Positions 10,931-21,177 of a stretch of 64,000 bases of DNA are shown one piece after another. How positions within the stretch are numbered: position 1 is the stretch's first letter; each line of letters begins with the position of its first letter. Source of the stretch: Obrimoposthia wandeli (lineage: Eukaryota); NCBI GenBank assembly GCA_977020255.1, contig CDROCS010000550.1, forward strand, positions 186,001-250,000, given 5' to 3'. The notes beneath the pieces are model-generated. The model saw nothing but the letters and a program-made list of their open reading frames with translations, was not told where the DNA came from and ran no database searches. Made by a program: the position numbers and the translations under genes.

Positions 10931-11560
10931 ATGTTATTAACAGACAATTCGACTTTTCAAGTAGTAGGACCAAGTGGTAGTGGAAAAACTTTATTTGTTT
11001 GTAAATTATTAAATTCAAGAATGTTTAAAAATAAATTTAATAAAATATATTGGCATCAAGGTGGTGACGGAGAAACTGGTTTAACAAACCAAGAATTTAA
11101 TAAAATAAAAAACATTAAGATTATTAACGGTTTTGACGAAAATTGGATGACAAGACTCGTAAAAGGCGATGTAATTGTTATTGATGACTTATATCAAGAG
11201 GCTAACAAAGAATCTGATTTTAATGATTTATTTACAAAAATTGCAAGACATAGAGAAGTTACTGTAATTTTTATAACCCAAAATTTATTTCATCAAGGAG
11301 GAAATCATCGTACTCGTAATCTTAATGTACATTATTTGATTTTATTCAAAAATCCTAGAGATCAAACAGTGATAGATTTTATTGCTCGTCAAGCATTTCC
11401 TCATAACAAGAGTTATTTAATTGATGCGTTTCATGATGCTACATCTTTACTTCATGGTTATTTATTTTTAAATTTTACTCAATCATGTCCTGATGATTTA
11501 AGAATTGTTACTGATATATTTAACCGTAATGGTATTACAGTCGATAAACAAAATAAATAA
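10931..11560 (+). CDS. Packaging ATPase (A32/FtsK-HerA type)
   Basis: Walker A GPSGSGKT, Walker B VIVIDD, ARH...IFITQNLF motif. Confidence 0.93.
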   Translation: MLLTDNSTFQVVGPSGSGKTLFVCKLLNSRMFKNKFNKIYWHQGGDGETGLTNQEFNKIKNIKIINGFDENWMTRLVKGDVIVIDDLYQEANKESDFNDLFTKIARHREVTVIFITQNLFHQGGNHRTRNLNVHYLILFKNPRDQTVIDFIARQAFPHNKSYLIDAFHDATSLLHGYLFLNFTQSCPDDLRIVTDIFNRNGITVDKQNK

Positions 11561-11580
11561 TAATAATGTTTTAAAATAAA

Positions 11581-11991
11581 ATGAATTTTAAAAAGAGTAT
11601 TCTTAAACATAGTAAAAGGACAGATAAAGATGAAGTTAAAAAATTAATAAACACTGTATTATATGATCGTAATAATATTGAATTTTCAAAAAGTTTACCT
11701 TATTTTAAAACCTTAATTGACGTATCAAAAACGAATAAAATGAAAATGTTGAAATCATTTCCAATTTATGTAGTTGATGATTTAATAAAAATTTTAAATA
11801 AAATAATTTATGGTAAAATTAAACCTGATCCTAATATTTTAAAATATAAAAATTCATTAATAAATTTAGCAAATTCACGTGATAAAATTAATAAAAGAAA
11901 CATTATTTACAATCAAAATGGCGGATTCCTATTGGCCATACTGCCCGCTATAGCATCAGTAATAGCTGGTCTTATAAGTTCAAGAAGTTAG
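11581..11991 (+). CDS. Basic core-like protein with adenovirus pX-like C-terminus
   Basis: Lys-rich; ends QNGGFLLAILPAIASVIAGLISSRS, an xGG-x adenain-type site followed by a hydrophobic helix, resembling adenovirus pX GGILPLLIPLIAAAIG. Confidence 0.65.
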   Translation: MNFKKSILKHSKRTDKDEVKKLINTVLYDRNNIEFSKSLPYFKTLIDVSKTNKMKMLKSFPIYVVDDLIKILNKIIYGKIKPDPNILKYKNSLINLANSRDKINKRNIIYNQNGGFLLAILPAIASVIAGLISSRS

Positions 11992-12182
11992 AAGTTTAAA
12001 AAAAAATTATAAAATTATATAAGAGTCTTACAAAGTAACATTAATAAGAAACTTACATTAAATGTTGAAGTAGATTCTCCCGATGTACCAGGAACCATTG
12101 TTGTTGATGCTGATGTAGGAATCATTACCGCGGCTGCTAGTCTAAAAACAATATTAAAATTAATTTTAAAAAGAAAAAAAAA

Positions 12183-12287
12183 TTATTTTTTATGTTTCTT
12201 ACTCTGCATATGAGCATCCATTGAATATTTATTATTCATTGGTCCTGTTTGACATATTTGGCAATTAAATCTAAATATAAATCATAA

Positions 12288-12325
<38 letters not shown>

Positions 12326-12340
12326 AACTCACGTATTCAT
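12183..12340 (-). CDS. Spliced micro-gene encoding a U1/matrin-type C2H2 zinc finger: MNTFNCQICQTGPMNNKYSMDAHMQSKKHKK
   Basis: Exons 12340-12333 and 12270-12183 joined by a 62-bp GTGAGT...TTTAG phase-2 intron; CxxC-x12-H-x2-S-x2-H pattern. Confidence 0.65.
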
Positions 12341-12669
12341 TTGGAGTCTTGATTTATTTAAATTAAAGAAAATAACAAAATAGTAAATTATATTTAATTT
12401 AACATTTCAATTTATAATAGATATCCTATTATGTAATTTCAATTATTGATAATAATATAATTATCTCAATTGCTACAATTGAATTGTGCCTATTTAATTA
12501 TGATAGTTGCCTTAATAACGAAAATTATAATAATAATATTAAATAATTACATTCTTTCGTTTTATACAAACATATAAACAGATTAAAATATATTTAACTT
12601 TTATAATAATGGGGATAAACAATACAAAGTTGTCTAACTTATTTATAAATTTTAATTCTTCATGCTGCA

Positions 12670-13695
12670 ATGGAAAAGATTTGGAACAATCCAGAAGATC
12701 CAGACGGGTATACAGGGTTAGAAAAATTGACAAAAAGAGTCAAACAATCAAAAACAAACACACAAAAATGGTTAAGAAATGAATTATCATATAGTTTGAA
12801 TAAACCTTTAAGACGTAAATTTCCTACTAGATTATATAAAACTAATGGTATTAATTCCTTATGGCAGATGGATTTAATGGAAATGATACCTTATTCTTCA
12901 GTAAATAACGGATTCAAGTATATTTTAACTTGTATTGATGTATTTAGTCGTTTTGCAAGGGCAGTTGGTATTAAATCAAAATCGGGTATTGATTTATTAC
13001 ATGCAATAGAATCTTTAATTGTTGATGATGTACCAGTAAATATCAAAACCGATGAAGGTAAAGAATTTTTTAATTCACATGTTAAGAAATTATTTAAAAC
13101 TGAAAATATCAATCATTATTCAGTATATTCTCAATATAAAGCTGCAGTAGTTGAAAGATTTAATAGAACGTTAAGAGAACGGTTAAAGAAATATTTTACT
13201 AAACAAGGTAATAAGAAATGGGTGAATGTATTACCAAAAATTATTTATGCTTATAATAATTCTAAACATAGAGGTTTAGATGGTTTAAAACCTGTAGATG
13301 TAAATAATAAAAATGCATTTGAAATTTGGTTGAAACAAAATCCAAAAGAAAAGAAAGTTAAATCTAAATATAAAATTGATGATTATGTTCGAATATCAAA
13401 AATAAGTACAAGTCCATTTATTAAAAATTTTAATCAAAATTGGAGTGATGAGGTTTTTCAAATTCATGATATTAATTATAAACAAAATCCAATAATGTAT
13501 ATTTTAAAAGATATTGATAACATCATCATCAAAGGAAAATTTTATAAACAAGAGTTACAATTAATTGATAAACCTAAACTATATCGAATACAAGAAATTT
13601 TAGAAACTAAAGGTCGTGGTAAGAATAAACAATATTACGTAAAGTGGCACGGATACTCTGAACCTTCTTGGATATTTGCTTCTCAAATTGAATAA
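12670..13695 (+). CDS. Retroviral-like integrase (rve DDE) with C-terminal chromodomain
   Basis: WQMDL, KTDEGKEF, AAVVERFNRTL catalytic motifs; SH3-like DDYVRISK...WSDEVFQI; chromodomain YRIQEIL...YYVKWHGY..PSWI. Stop overlaps the next ATG (TAATG). Confidence 0.95.
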   Translation: MEKIWNNPEDPDGYTGLEKLTKRVKQSKTNTQKWLRNELSYSLNKPLRRKFPTRLYKTNGINSLWQMDLMEMIPYSSVNNGFKYILTCIDVFSRFARAVGIKSKSGIDLLHAIESLIVDDVPVNIKTDEGKEFFNSHVKKLFKTENINHYSVYSQYKAAVVERFNRTLRERLKKYFTKQGNKKWVNVLPKIIYAYNNSKHRGLDGLKPVDVNNKNAFEIWLKQNPKEKKVKSKYKIDDYVRISKISTSPFIKNFNQNWSDEVFQIHDINYKQNPIMYILKDIDNIIIKGKFYKQELQLIDKPKLYRIQEILETKGRGKNKQYYVKWHGYSEPSWIFASQIE

Positions 13696-14765
13696 TGTCA
13701 AAATATATTATTTTACCTAGTAATAGTTGTCCAAGTACTCAACCTAACAATAAAGCCAATCAATTTACTGTAGATTGGGAAAACTCTCTAAATTTAGATG
13801 GTGAATGGGAGGTTGCCTTGTCTGAATTTGTATTTAATTATACTCCTTTAACAATACAAACTAATTCAAAAATACTTTATAAAACAGAAAAGATAGAAAT
13901 GAAAACTTTCGATGTATCTTTTGCAATTTTAAATGGATTAATTATTAATAATTTAAATAATGTTTTCAATTTCAAAATTACAAAGAATCAAAAATTAGAA
14001 ATAAGTACAATTAACAGTATTCATCGAATGTTGTTAAAATTCGAATCTTTAGAAGAATCAAAAATTATAGGTTTTAATGAAATACAAAAAAAAAATCAGC
14101 ATAATCTTTCGCTCTATTCAGAAACTTCAAAACCAATTATTCAAATTCTAGATGCTAGATTGTATGTTAGAAGAGTAAAAGTTGATTCTTCAGTAATGAT
14201 TGGACATCAGTTAGGTTTGCAAAGTCAGAATGCAGTTTACCCAATTAGAAAAACTCAGTTAGTAACATATTCAATTCCTCAGGGTTCTTTGGAACTTAAT
14301 AAAGATCAAATATTCGGAGACTATCGTTTACCCAAGTTCATTTTGATTGCTTTCAAAGATACACCTCAGGGTGGTAAGGAATACAAAGTTAAATCTTCTA
14401 CGTTCAATACATTTAATGTTTCAACAATATCATTAGCTAGAAATACAGATTATCGAGAAACTTATAATCTAGATAATAACAATTTTTCATTAGCATATAT
14501 GCAGTCAATTATTCGAAATATGAATATTTTAGATAAAAACTTGAATAACGGTATCAGATTTTCTGATTTTAAATCAGGAAGTTCGATTTTCACTTTTCTA
14601 TTAGCACCAGATTTTGATATAAACACTACTCAAGTGCCTAAAACTGGTAATTTAAGACTTGAAATTAGATTTAATTCTCCTTTGGTTGTTCCAACAAGTG
14701 TTTTGATTTACGGAATATTTGATTCCGAAATTCAGATTACGAAAAATAAAACTGTGATTGTATGA
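13695..14765 (+). CDS. In-frame fusion of minor capsid (penton) N-terminus and major capsid (double jelly-roll) C-terminal half
   Basis: N-terminus YIILPSNS...NKANQFTV...LDGEWEVALSE is Polinton penton-like. From about residue 140, IQILDARLYVRRVKV...YPI...TYSIP...LPKFILIAF...GNLRLEIRF...LIYGIFDSEIQI is Polinton major-capsid C-terminal-like. Confidence 0.75.
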   Translation: MSKYIILPSNSCPSTQPNNKANQFTVDWENSLNLDGEWEVALSEFVFNYTPLTIQTNSKILYKTEKIEMKTFDVSFAILNGLIINNLNNVFNFKITKNQKLEISTINSIHRMLLKFESLEESKIIGFNEIQKKNQHNLSLYSETSKPIIQILDARLYVRRVKVDSSVMIGHQLGLQSQNAVYPIRKTQLVTYSIPQGSLELNKDQIFGDYRLPKFILIAFKDTPQGGKEYKVKSSTFNTFNVSTISLARNTDYRETYNLDNNNFSLAYMQSIIRNMNILDKNLNNGIRFSDFKSGSSIFTFLLAPDFDINTTQVPKTGNLRLEIRFNSPLVVPTSVLIYGIFDSEIQITKNKTVIV

Positions 14766-14799
14766 AGTAAGCTTATTGTATATTATATTCTTTATTTAA

Positions 14800-15138
14800 A
14801 TTAGTACTTTAGAAATTTATAAATCCGGAAAAATATTATTGAATAACAAATTTAATGGAGTATATTCATTGGATAAAATTCCATCATTAAAACCCGGAGG
14901 CTACATTATCAATACTCATACTTCAAATCTACCAGGCGAACATTAGATAGCAATATTTGTTGACAGATTCGAGATTCGATTGTTTGATCCTTTTGGATTC
15001 TATTATCCTTCAAAGTTGGTGTCTACACTTGAAAAAGAAAATATTCCAGTCTACTATAATCGAGTTAAATGTCAGAATCCATTAACTAAAAACTGCGGAC
15101 CTCTGAGTCTTTTATGGTTGAAACTTCAACACAAATAA
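14800..15138 (+). pseudogene. Adenain-type cysteine protease, inactivated
   Basis: Manual translation: YIINTHTSNLPGEH*IAIFVD...FDPFG...CQNPLTKNCG. The conserved GEHW Trp is TAG at 14944-14946; no ATG at the apparent start (ATT). Confidence 0.88.
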
Positions 15139-15189
15139 TTTTAAGTATAAACAAATATATCATTATAGTATTTCATTTTATTTTTTCAA

Positions 15190-15642
15190 ATGGCTTTTAT
15201 TGATTTAGAATGTTTTATTGATAATAATGGAGAATATATTCCAAAGGAATTATGTATAATGTATGTGAATGATATGACTTGTCCATTTAATTACGTGTTT
15301 AAAAATCAAATACCATGGAGTAGTTTATCATTTACAGTTAAAAGAAAAAATCTATATTTGATAAATCATCATCATCAGTTATCCTGGTTTGAAGGTGAAA
15401 GCTCTGATATTCATATTGATGATGTTGAAACAATATTCTATGTTATGGATTCTATTGATGGAAAGAAAATTAATTTAGTGAAACGAATGTTTCCAAATTT
15501 GAGAATTGTGAATTATAATAAAAGTTTCAAAAATTTAAAGAAAATGCCAAAAAATATTCGATGTCCGTTTAGAAAACACGGAAAACATTGTGCTTATTTG
15601 AAATGTTTTTCTCTATGTATTGATTATGTAAATTGTATATAA
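15190..15642 (+). CDS. Putative DnaQ/DEDD-like nuclease-fold protein with C-terminal Cys/His cluster
   Basis: N-terminal FIDLECF (DxE) followed by YIPKEL; C-terminal CPFRKHGKHCAYLKC. Fold assignment is from motif recall only. Confidence 0.5.
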   Translation: MAFIDLECFIDNNGEYIPKELCIMYVNDMTCPFNYVFKNQIPWSSLSFTVKRKNLYLINHHHQLSWFEGESSDIHIDDVETIFYVMDSIDGKKINLVKRMFPNLRIVNYNKSFKNLKKMPKNIRCPFRKHGKHCAYLKCFSLCIDYVNCI

Positions 15643-15704
15643 ATATATTTATTAAGGATATTTTATTTTTATTTTAATATGTAATTTAAGTTATTTAAAG
15701 AAAA

Positions 15705-17073
15705 TTTACCATAATTCTTTAGATGCGTAAGCCTGGGAAAACTTTGATCTGAATTTTCACATAGAATAGTATGTGTATGATTACGTAATACATTCCATAA
15801 CTGATAAGAGTGAACTTTAGCCTAAATTTTCACATAGAATAGTGTGTATGATTACGTAATATATTCCTTAACTTTTAAGAGTGAACTTTCACATAGAATA
15901 ATTGATTGAATACTATATAATTTCTTAATTTATGCCAAATCTAACCCTTAACTTGTGAACGACCATAAAATTTTTACATGAATAAACTCGTAATATGTTG
16001 ACGAATACAACCATGTACTTGAAACTATGAAATTCCAACTTTTTTTTTAACCCTTCATCTATGAACGACCATACCTATATGGATGAATTCGTCTTCTAAA
16101 GATGATTACAACCATGTATTCAAACTTTGACATTTAAAACTTGATTTGGTCTATATCCCGACCCCTTCATATATGACCGACCATACTTTATGACTGAATT
16201 CACCTTCTAAAGATGATTCCAACCATGTACTAAAACCTTGATATTTTAAACTTGACTTTGTTTTTTAGCCCAACTCTTTCACCTATGGACGACCACAACC
16301 CTTTAGATGTGATGGCCAACCATAGTTGACCTTAATTATACCTTCAAAGTTTCAAGTCAAAACTGAGTCCGACCCTTTGACCTATGGACGACCACAACCC
16401 TTTAGATGTGACGGCCAACCATAGTTGACCTTAATTATACCTTCAAAGTTTCAAGTCCAAACTGAGTCCAACCCTTTAATTTATGGACGACCACAACCCT
16501 TTAGATGTGACGGCCAACCATAGTTGACCTTAATTATACCTTCAAAGTTTCAAGTCAAAACTGAGTCCAACCCTTTAATTTATGGACGACCACAACCCTT
16601 TAGATGTGACGGCCAACCATAGTTGACCTTAATTATACCTTCAAAGTTTCAAGTCAAAACTGACCTTGACCTTTTGATTTATGGACGACCACAACCCCTT
16701 GGGTATGTTGGCCGACCATAGAGAGTCACGACCATACCTTCAAACCTTCAAGTCAAAACTATGCCTGACCCTTTAAATTATGGACGACCACAACCCTTTA
16801 GTGGTATACCAAAGAAGGGTGGAGACTAGATCAATTGACCCTTCCCCCTCCCCCCTATCTTAAACTTTCTGAGCCAGACCCTTATGGTGTGGCAAGACAC
16901 CCTTATGGTGAGGCAACATATACCCTTATGGTGTGACACCCCTATGGTGAGGCAACATATACCCTTATGGTGTGACACCTTATGGTGTGACATTTCTATG
17001 GTGTGACACCCTTTAACTTGGTGTGCGCACACAGGGGGGGTCAAGTGATCTAGACTCCATCCTTCTACCTACT
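15705..17073. repeat. Right terminal inverted repeat of P1 (~1.37 kb)
   Basis: Inverted copy of the left TIR with extra 99-bp units starting at 16287, 16386, 16485, 16584, 16683 and 16782. Confidence 0.9.
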
Positions 17074-17478
17074 ATTAGAATAGGGAAAGTTTAAAATAAT
17101 TAAGTCAATATAGTCAATAAAATAGTCAATAGTTAATATAGTCAACCTCTCAGTAAAAATTTGATTTAAAAAATATTTTTAAAAAATGAATTAAAATATT
17201 TATTTAATTTTAAAAAACTAATTTATTTAAGGTCATGAAAATGTGTTTTTTTTGTGAAGCACAAAAATGCCAAGGAAAGAGTATTTGTTAAAATTTAGAG
17301 CCTCGGAAAAAATACATATGTTATATTTGATAATTGTTATATTTTTACTGAATTATTATTTCCAACTAATTCATTAGCTAAAGTTTCTGTCTTAACTAAT
17401 AACAATAATTATCAGAAAATATTATAATTTTATCAGTAAATGCAATAACAATGGTCAGCAATTATTTGCGTTTTCTGT

Positions 17479-17979
17479 TGTTGGGGTTTCTAATTGAAAC
17501 TGTTAGATCCTCTTATGGAGACCCCCAACGTGAGTTCTGTAGCGACAGAGCTTACAGATAGATGTGGCCGACATGTTCGTATCCTACTTAATTCTAGTCT
17601 AAAATCGGACGATTTTTGTAGATTTAAAATTTTACCTCACACGAGTTCAGATTTGACTGCATTGAATACGATTAAAATACGATTCAAGCCCGAGAATTAA
17701 CCCGTAAGACGCCAATCTAAGCCGTGTCACATTCAGAGGGTTATCGCCGACACTGATTGAGTCTGGCGTAGTTTTTGCCTATTTCTGGTCTTGATTTTTT
17801 TGACCATTTTTGAAATTAAAATCAAATTCGGCTCAACCGGCTTATTAAATCAGCCCCACAACAAAACAATAGTTTTAGGGAATTTCACGTTTTCCTGAAC
17901 ACAGACTCTTTAACACAACACAAAATCCTTCAGAGACTAGAACTACGAGGATTCGAAGTTCTAAAAGAAAACCCCAATA
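17479..17979. mobile_element. Two oppositely oriented end fragments of the TGTTGGGGTTTCT solo-LTR family
   Basis: 17479-~17680 matches 21178 and 29187; ~17690-17979 matches 23865-24183 and ends AGAAAACCCCAATA. Confidence 0.65.
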
Positions 17980-20629
17980 TGAAGTAATTGTTTTTAATTT
18001 TAAAAAAACATGGTGGTGAAAAGCACTACTAAATAATCAACCAAATTCAGTGGTTCTGGATTTAAAAATATTTTTGTTTATGCATGTAATTATTCGTGGC
18101 AATTGGAGAATTGAAAGGGCAATATTTTTAGGTATTTATATCGGTTTACACTATTTGTTTTATTTATTCTAAGTTATTTGTTTCGTTTTTATTCAGTTTA
18201 ATACATGTGTTGAAAATTTTGCGTAAATACACTAGGAAAAAGAAATGATCAAATCGTCCGTCAGAAGCTTTAAATTAACTGACATGATTGGAATTAAATC
18301 CCTTTTAAATGCATCAAATTGCACATTTAAATACCCTAACTTTAAAAAATATTTTCTGGCAAATGTGAATTTTTAAATTACACTTTTTTAATTGTATTTT
18401 ATTAAAACATGTTTAGTTTGAAAATTTTTATTTAAATACCAACTAATCAATATATAATTATAATTTTTTAGCTAAAAAAACATTCGCTGATGGTGGATTG
18501 AGGATATGGTATGCCTGGAACAGTGAATAGTCTTCTATGGCATATAATAATCCAGTCATGCACTCAAGGCGTGTCCTAGTCAGTTCCACGAGTTAGGAAC
18601 AGCAGCATCACAGCCCACCGCTACATCTGGCCCGAATTTACCGTTCCCAATCACAGCTGCCCTAATTAGCTGCATCACTTCTCCATCTCTTCTGTGCTCC
18701 TCCAGACAGTGGAATCGAACTGCTCCAGTTTGTTTTCAGCTGCCTCCAACAACAGCGCCATTCAGGTCTGGGACTCCACCCTTACATTCTACTCTCAGCA
18801 GAATTACGGGAATCTCTCAGCATATGCTCCAGTCAGACTCCCTAATTGGATGGGACCACCTGTCGGAATTTTCTGTCATTTTCCACCAGTTAATAACGGC
18901 CTCGACTAAGTTAACTTCATCTGCTTCTGTTAAAGGCCCTCAACACTGTTATAATACCAGATTGAAACTTAACCATATTTCAACAAAATCGATACTCTAA
19001 TTGTAAACTAGTTCAATCACTAATTAATCTCAACAAGTACGTTTAAAGTAATATAACAATTTATGTTGAAAAGAAATGTGAATTATTACTCAAATCTAAA
19101 TAATATTTTGTTTCTTAGAAATGTACACTAATAATGAGGTAATGTTCAGGTAACAATGTGCACTGTTACTAATATTGTATATTTTATTTGAAACTAATTA
19201 TTAAATAATACGTTTAATCTACTCACCATAACTCATTTATATAACTGTTCAACAAATAATATAATATTTAAAAATACATTGTTGCTTAGAATTATATTCA
19301 TAAAGAAATTTGAAATTGGGTATCAACAATTTTCTCATATAGAATGTCGTTATTTCCATTCTTAATTTCTTGGATTATAACATTTTTATTGGTTTTGTTG
19401 TAAAATTCGAAATAAATGAATTTGCATAACGCATGTAATTAGAGTAAACCATTTAACGTATTAAAGTCAATTTTTAAGTTCATCAAGTCTCGACTTGTAC
19501 GCTGCATAATACGGTAGTGAAATTTATGGCTTAGATTAAAAATGTATAAAATTGAATCATAAGATCTAATGTACATTCATATTAAAAATGAACATTAAAC
19601 TAAGTTATAAAATAATAAAATGTACGGTATAAAGTTTGAATATTAAAACATTAACAAAATAAAATCATTATTTTAAATATTATAAATGACTTTAAATTAG
19701 ATCTTAAGAATCCATTTTAATCGTTTTTTATAAATTATTCTTTTTAAAGAAATTCACATTTTTTAAAGAATGGTTTTTTTCTTTGAAATATAAATATGCT
19801 GAATTTTATTTAGATTTAAATGTAAAAGAAATAATTTAAATTTATTAAAATATAAGTGAATTTTTAGATAAAATATTAAGTATGAGTATCAATAAAAATT
19901 TATTACGTACCATAAACTTTAAATTAAACTATAAATTACCAGCTATACAAATTACACTATTTTCAAATATTATGCCAAAATTTCATTGGGTTTGCAGATG
20001 CTGACATCATAAACAATAATTCTCAATCATTTATTGCTATAATTTCTGACTGCTTTAATTTATGTGGTTCTTACCGATGAGTTAAGTTAGGAACATTAAA
20101 ATATCGGTATACATATCTATACCCATATCAATCTACATAACCAGACAATTTTTTGAAAATAATTCTTTATTAAAGATGTCGTGAATGATGTAACAAAATT
20201 TTGACGAATGATGATATGGGACGAGTTTAAAATGCCAAGTTTATACATAAGTAATAGTTGAATGGCCTTTACCTAACATCAATGGCATCTTTAGGTGGCA
20301 TTTAGAGTGCTTAATTTTATTTTAAATTATTTCTTTATTTATCTTTTTTACATTTTTTAAATTTATTCGCATATGTTCCAAAAAATGAAATATTATAACG
20401 TCAGTATCTAAGGTTGTTATTTACTGTTTTTAGGATAACATTTTAGGTCTAGAAATATATGTTTCAATTACTTTGAAATCTTTATCGATTATCAATTTTT
20501 TTCAGATTTTTTTTCGAAATTTCTTTAAGAGATGATGTTTGTCGGCACATGGTGGAGGGAAAATCCTCTTTTCTTATTTCTGACTTCACGGACATTCTGC
20601 CCACCGTGAAACCAGAGATAAGTTTGCCA

Positions 20630-20677
20630 TTCCTCCGATGAGCCCAACATGGCGAAACGGGTTAAGCCGGTCGGGGA
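20630..20677 (+). ncRNA. Type I hammerhead ribozyme motif (probably from a Penelope-like element or retrozyme)
   Basis: Core CCGATGA, stem II GCC-caacat-GGC, GAAA, stem III AC(G)GG-ttaag-CC(G)GT, C17 at 20672, stem I TTCCT/GGGGA. Deviations: U4C and one stem III mismatch. Confidence 0.7.
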
Positions 20678-21177
20678 TTGAAAAAAGAAAATATTATCTA
20701 ATTTAAAGGAAAATCAGATTAAAAATGATTTCCCTAATTAAGGAAATCTTCTTATTAATTTTTTGATTAAAACATTTTTTTCCCAAAAATTTAATTTATT
20801 TTTCCCAACACTGATAAATCTTCAAAAAATAATGAATATACACTTACAAAAGACACTTGATTATAATACTTTGTGCTGTGTAATATAGTTGCAAAATGTG
20901 ACACTTTGCGATATCCCTGGCGACCAACAGCCCTAGTGTTTATTGTATTGATAAATAAAATAAGGATGAACCTGACAAGTTTTTAAAGCATTTTTTAAGA
21001 AGATTTTTCAAATTCATACAAATAAACATAAATATTTTTATTCCGACTGCAACCATAATTATTTTTTTGTAGAATAAAATTGTTTCAAATTTGCAGTTAA
21101 TTTTTTGGTGTCAATTGAATATATAACCAAATAGATAGCTTAAATGGCTTCGTAAACAACGATTATTCTAATGAATG

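Larger units (their letters stand above)
5138..17073. mobile_element. Complete Polinton/Maverick element (P1), 11,936 bp, internally deleted and decaying
   Basis: Termini AGTAGGTAGAAGGATGG...CCATCCTTCTACCTACT; 6-bp TSD ATTAGA at 5132-5137 and 17074-17079; long TIRs; pPolB, ATPase, integrase, capsid and protease homologues. Confidence 0.97.

Noticed and set aside
16826-17044. 72-aa ORF with HHKG repeats
   Set aside because: Translation of TIR short repeats.
5131-17979. A solo LTR from 5131 to 17979 hosting P1
   Set aside because: The ends look like decayed TGT/ACA, but the flanks (CCTA and TGAA) give no TSD; kept only as weak context.
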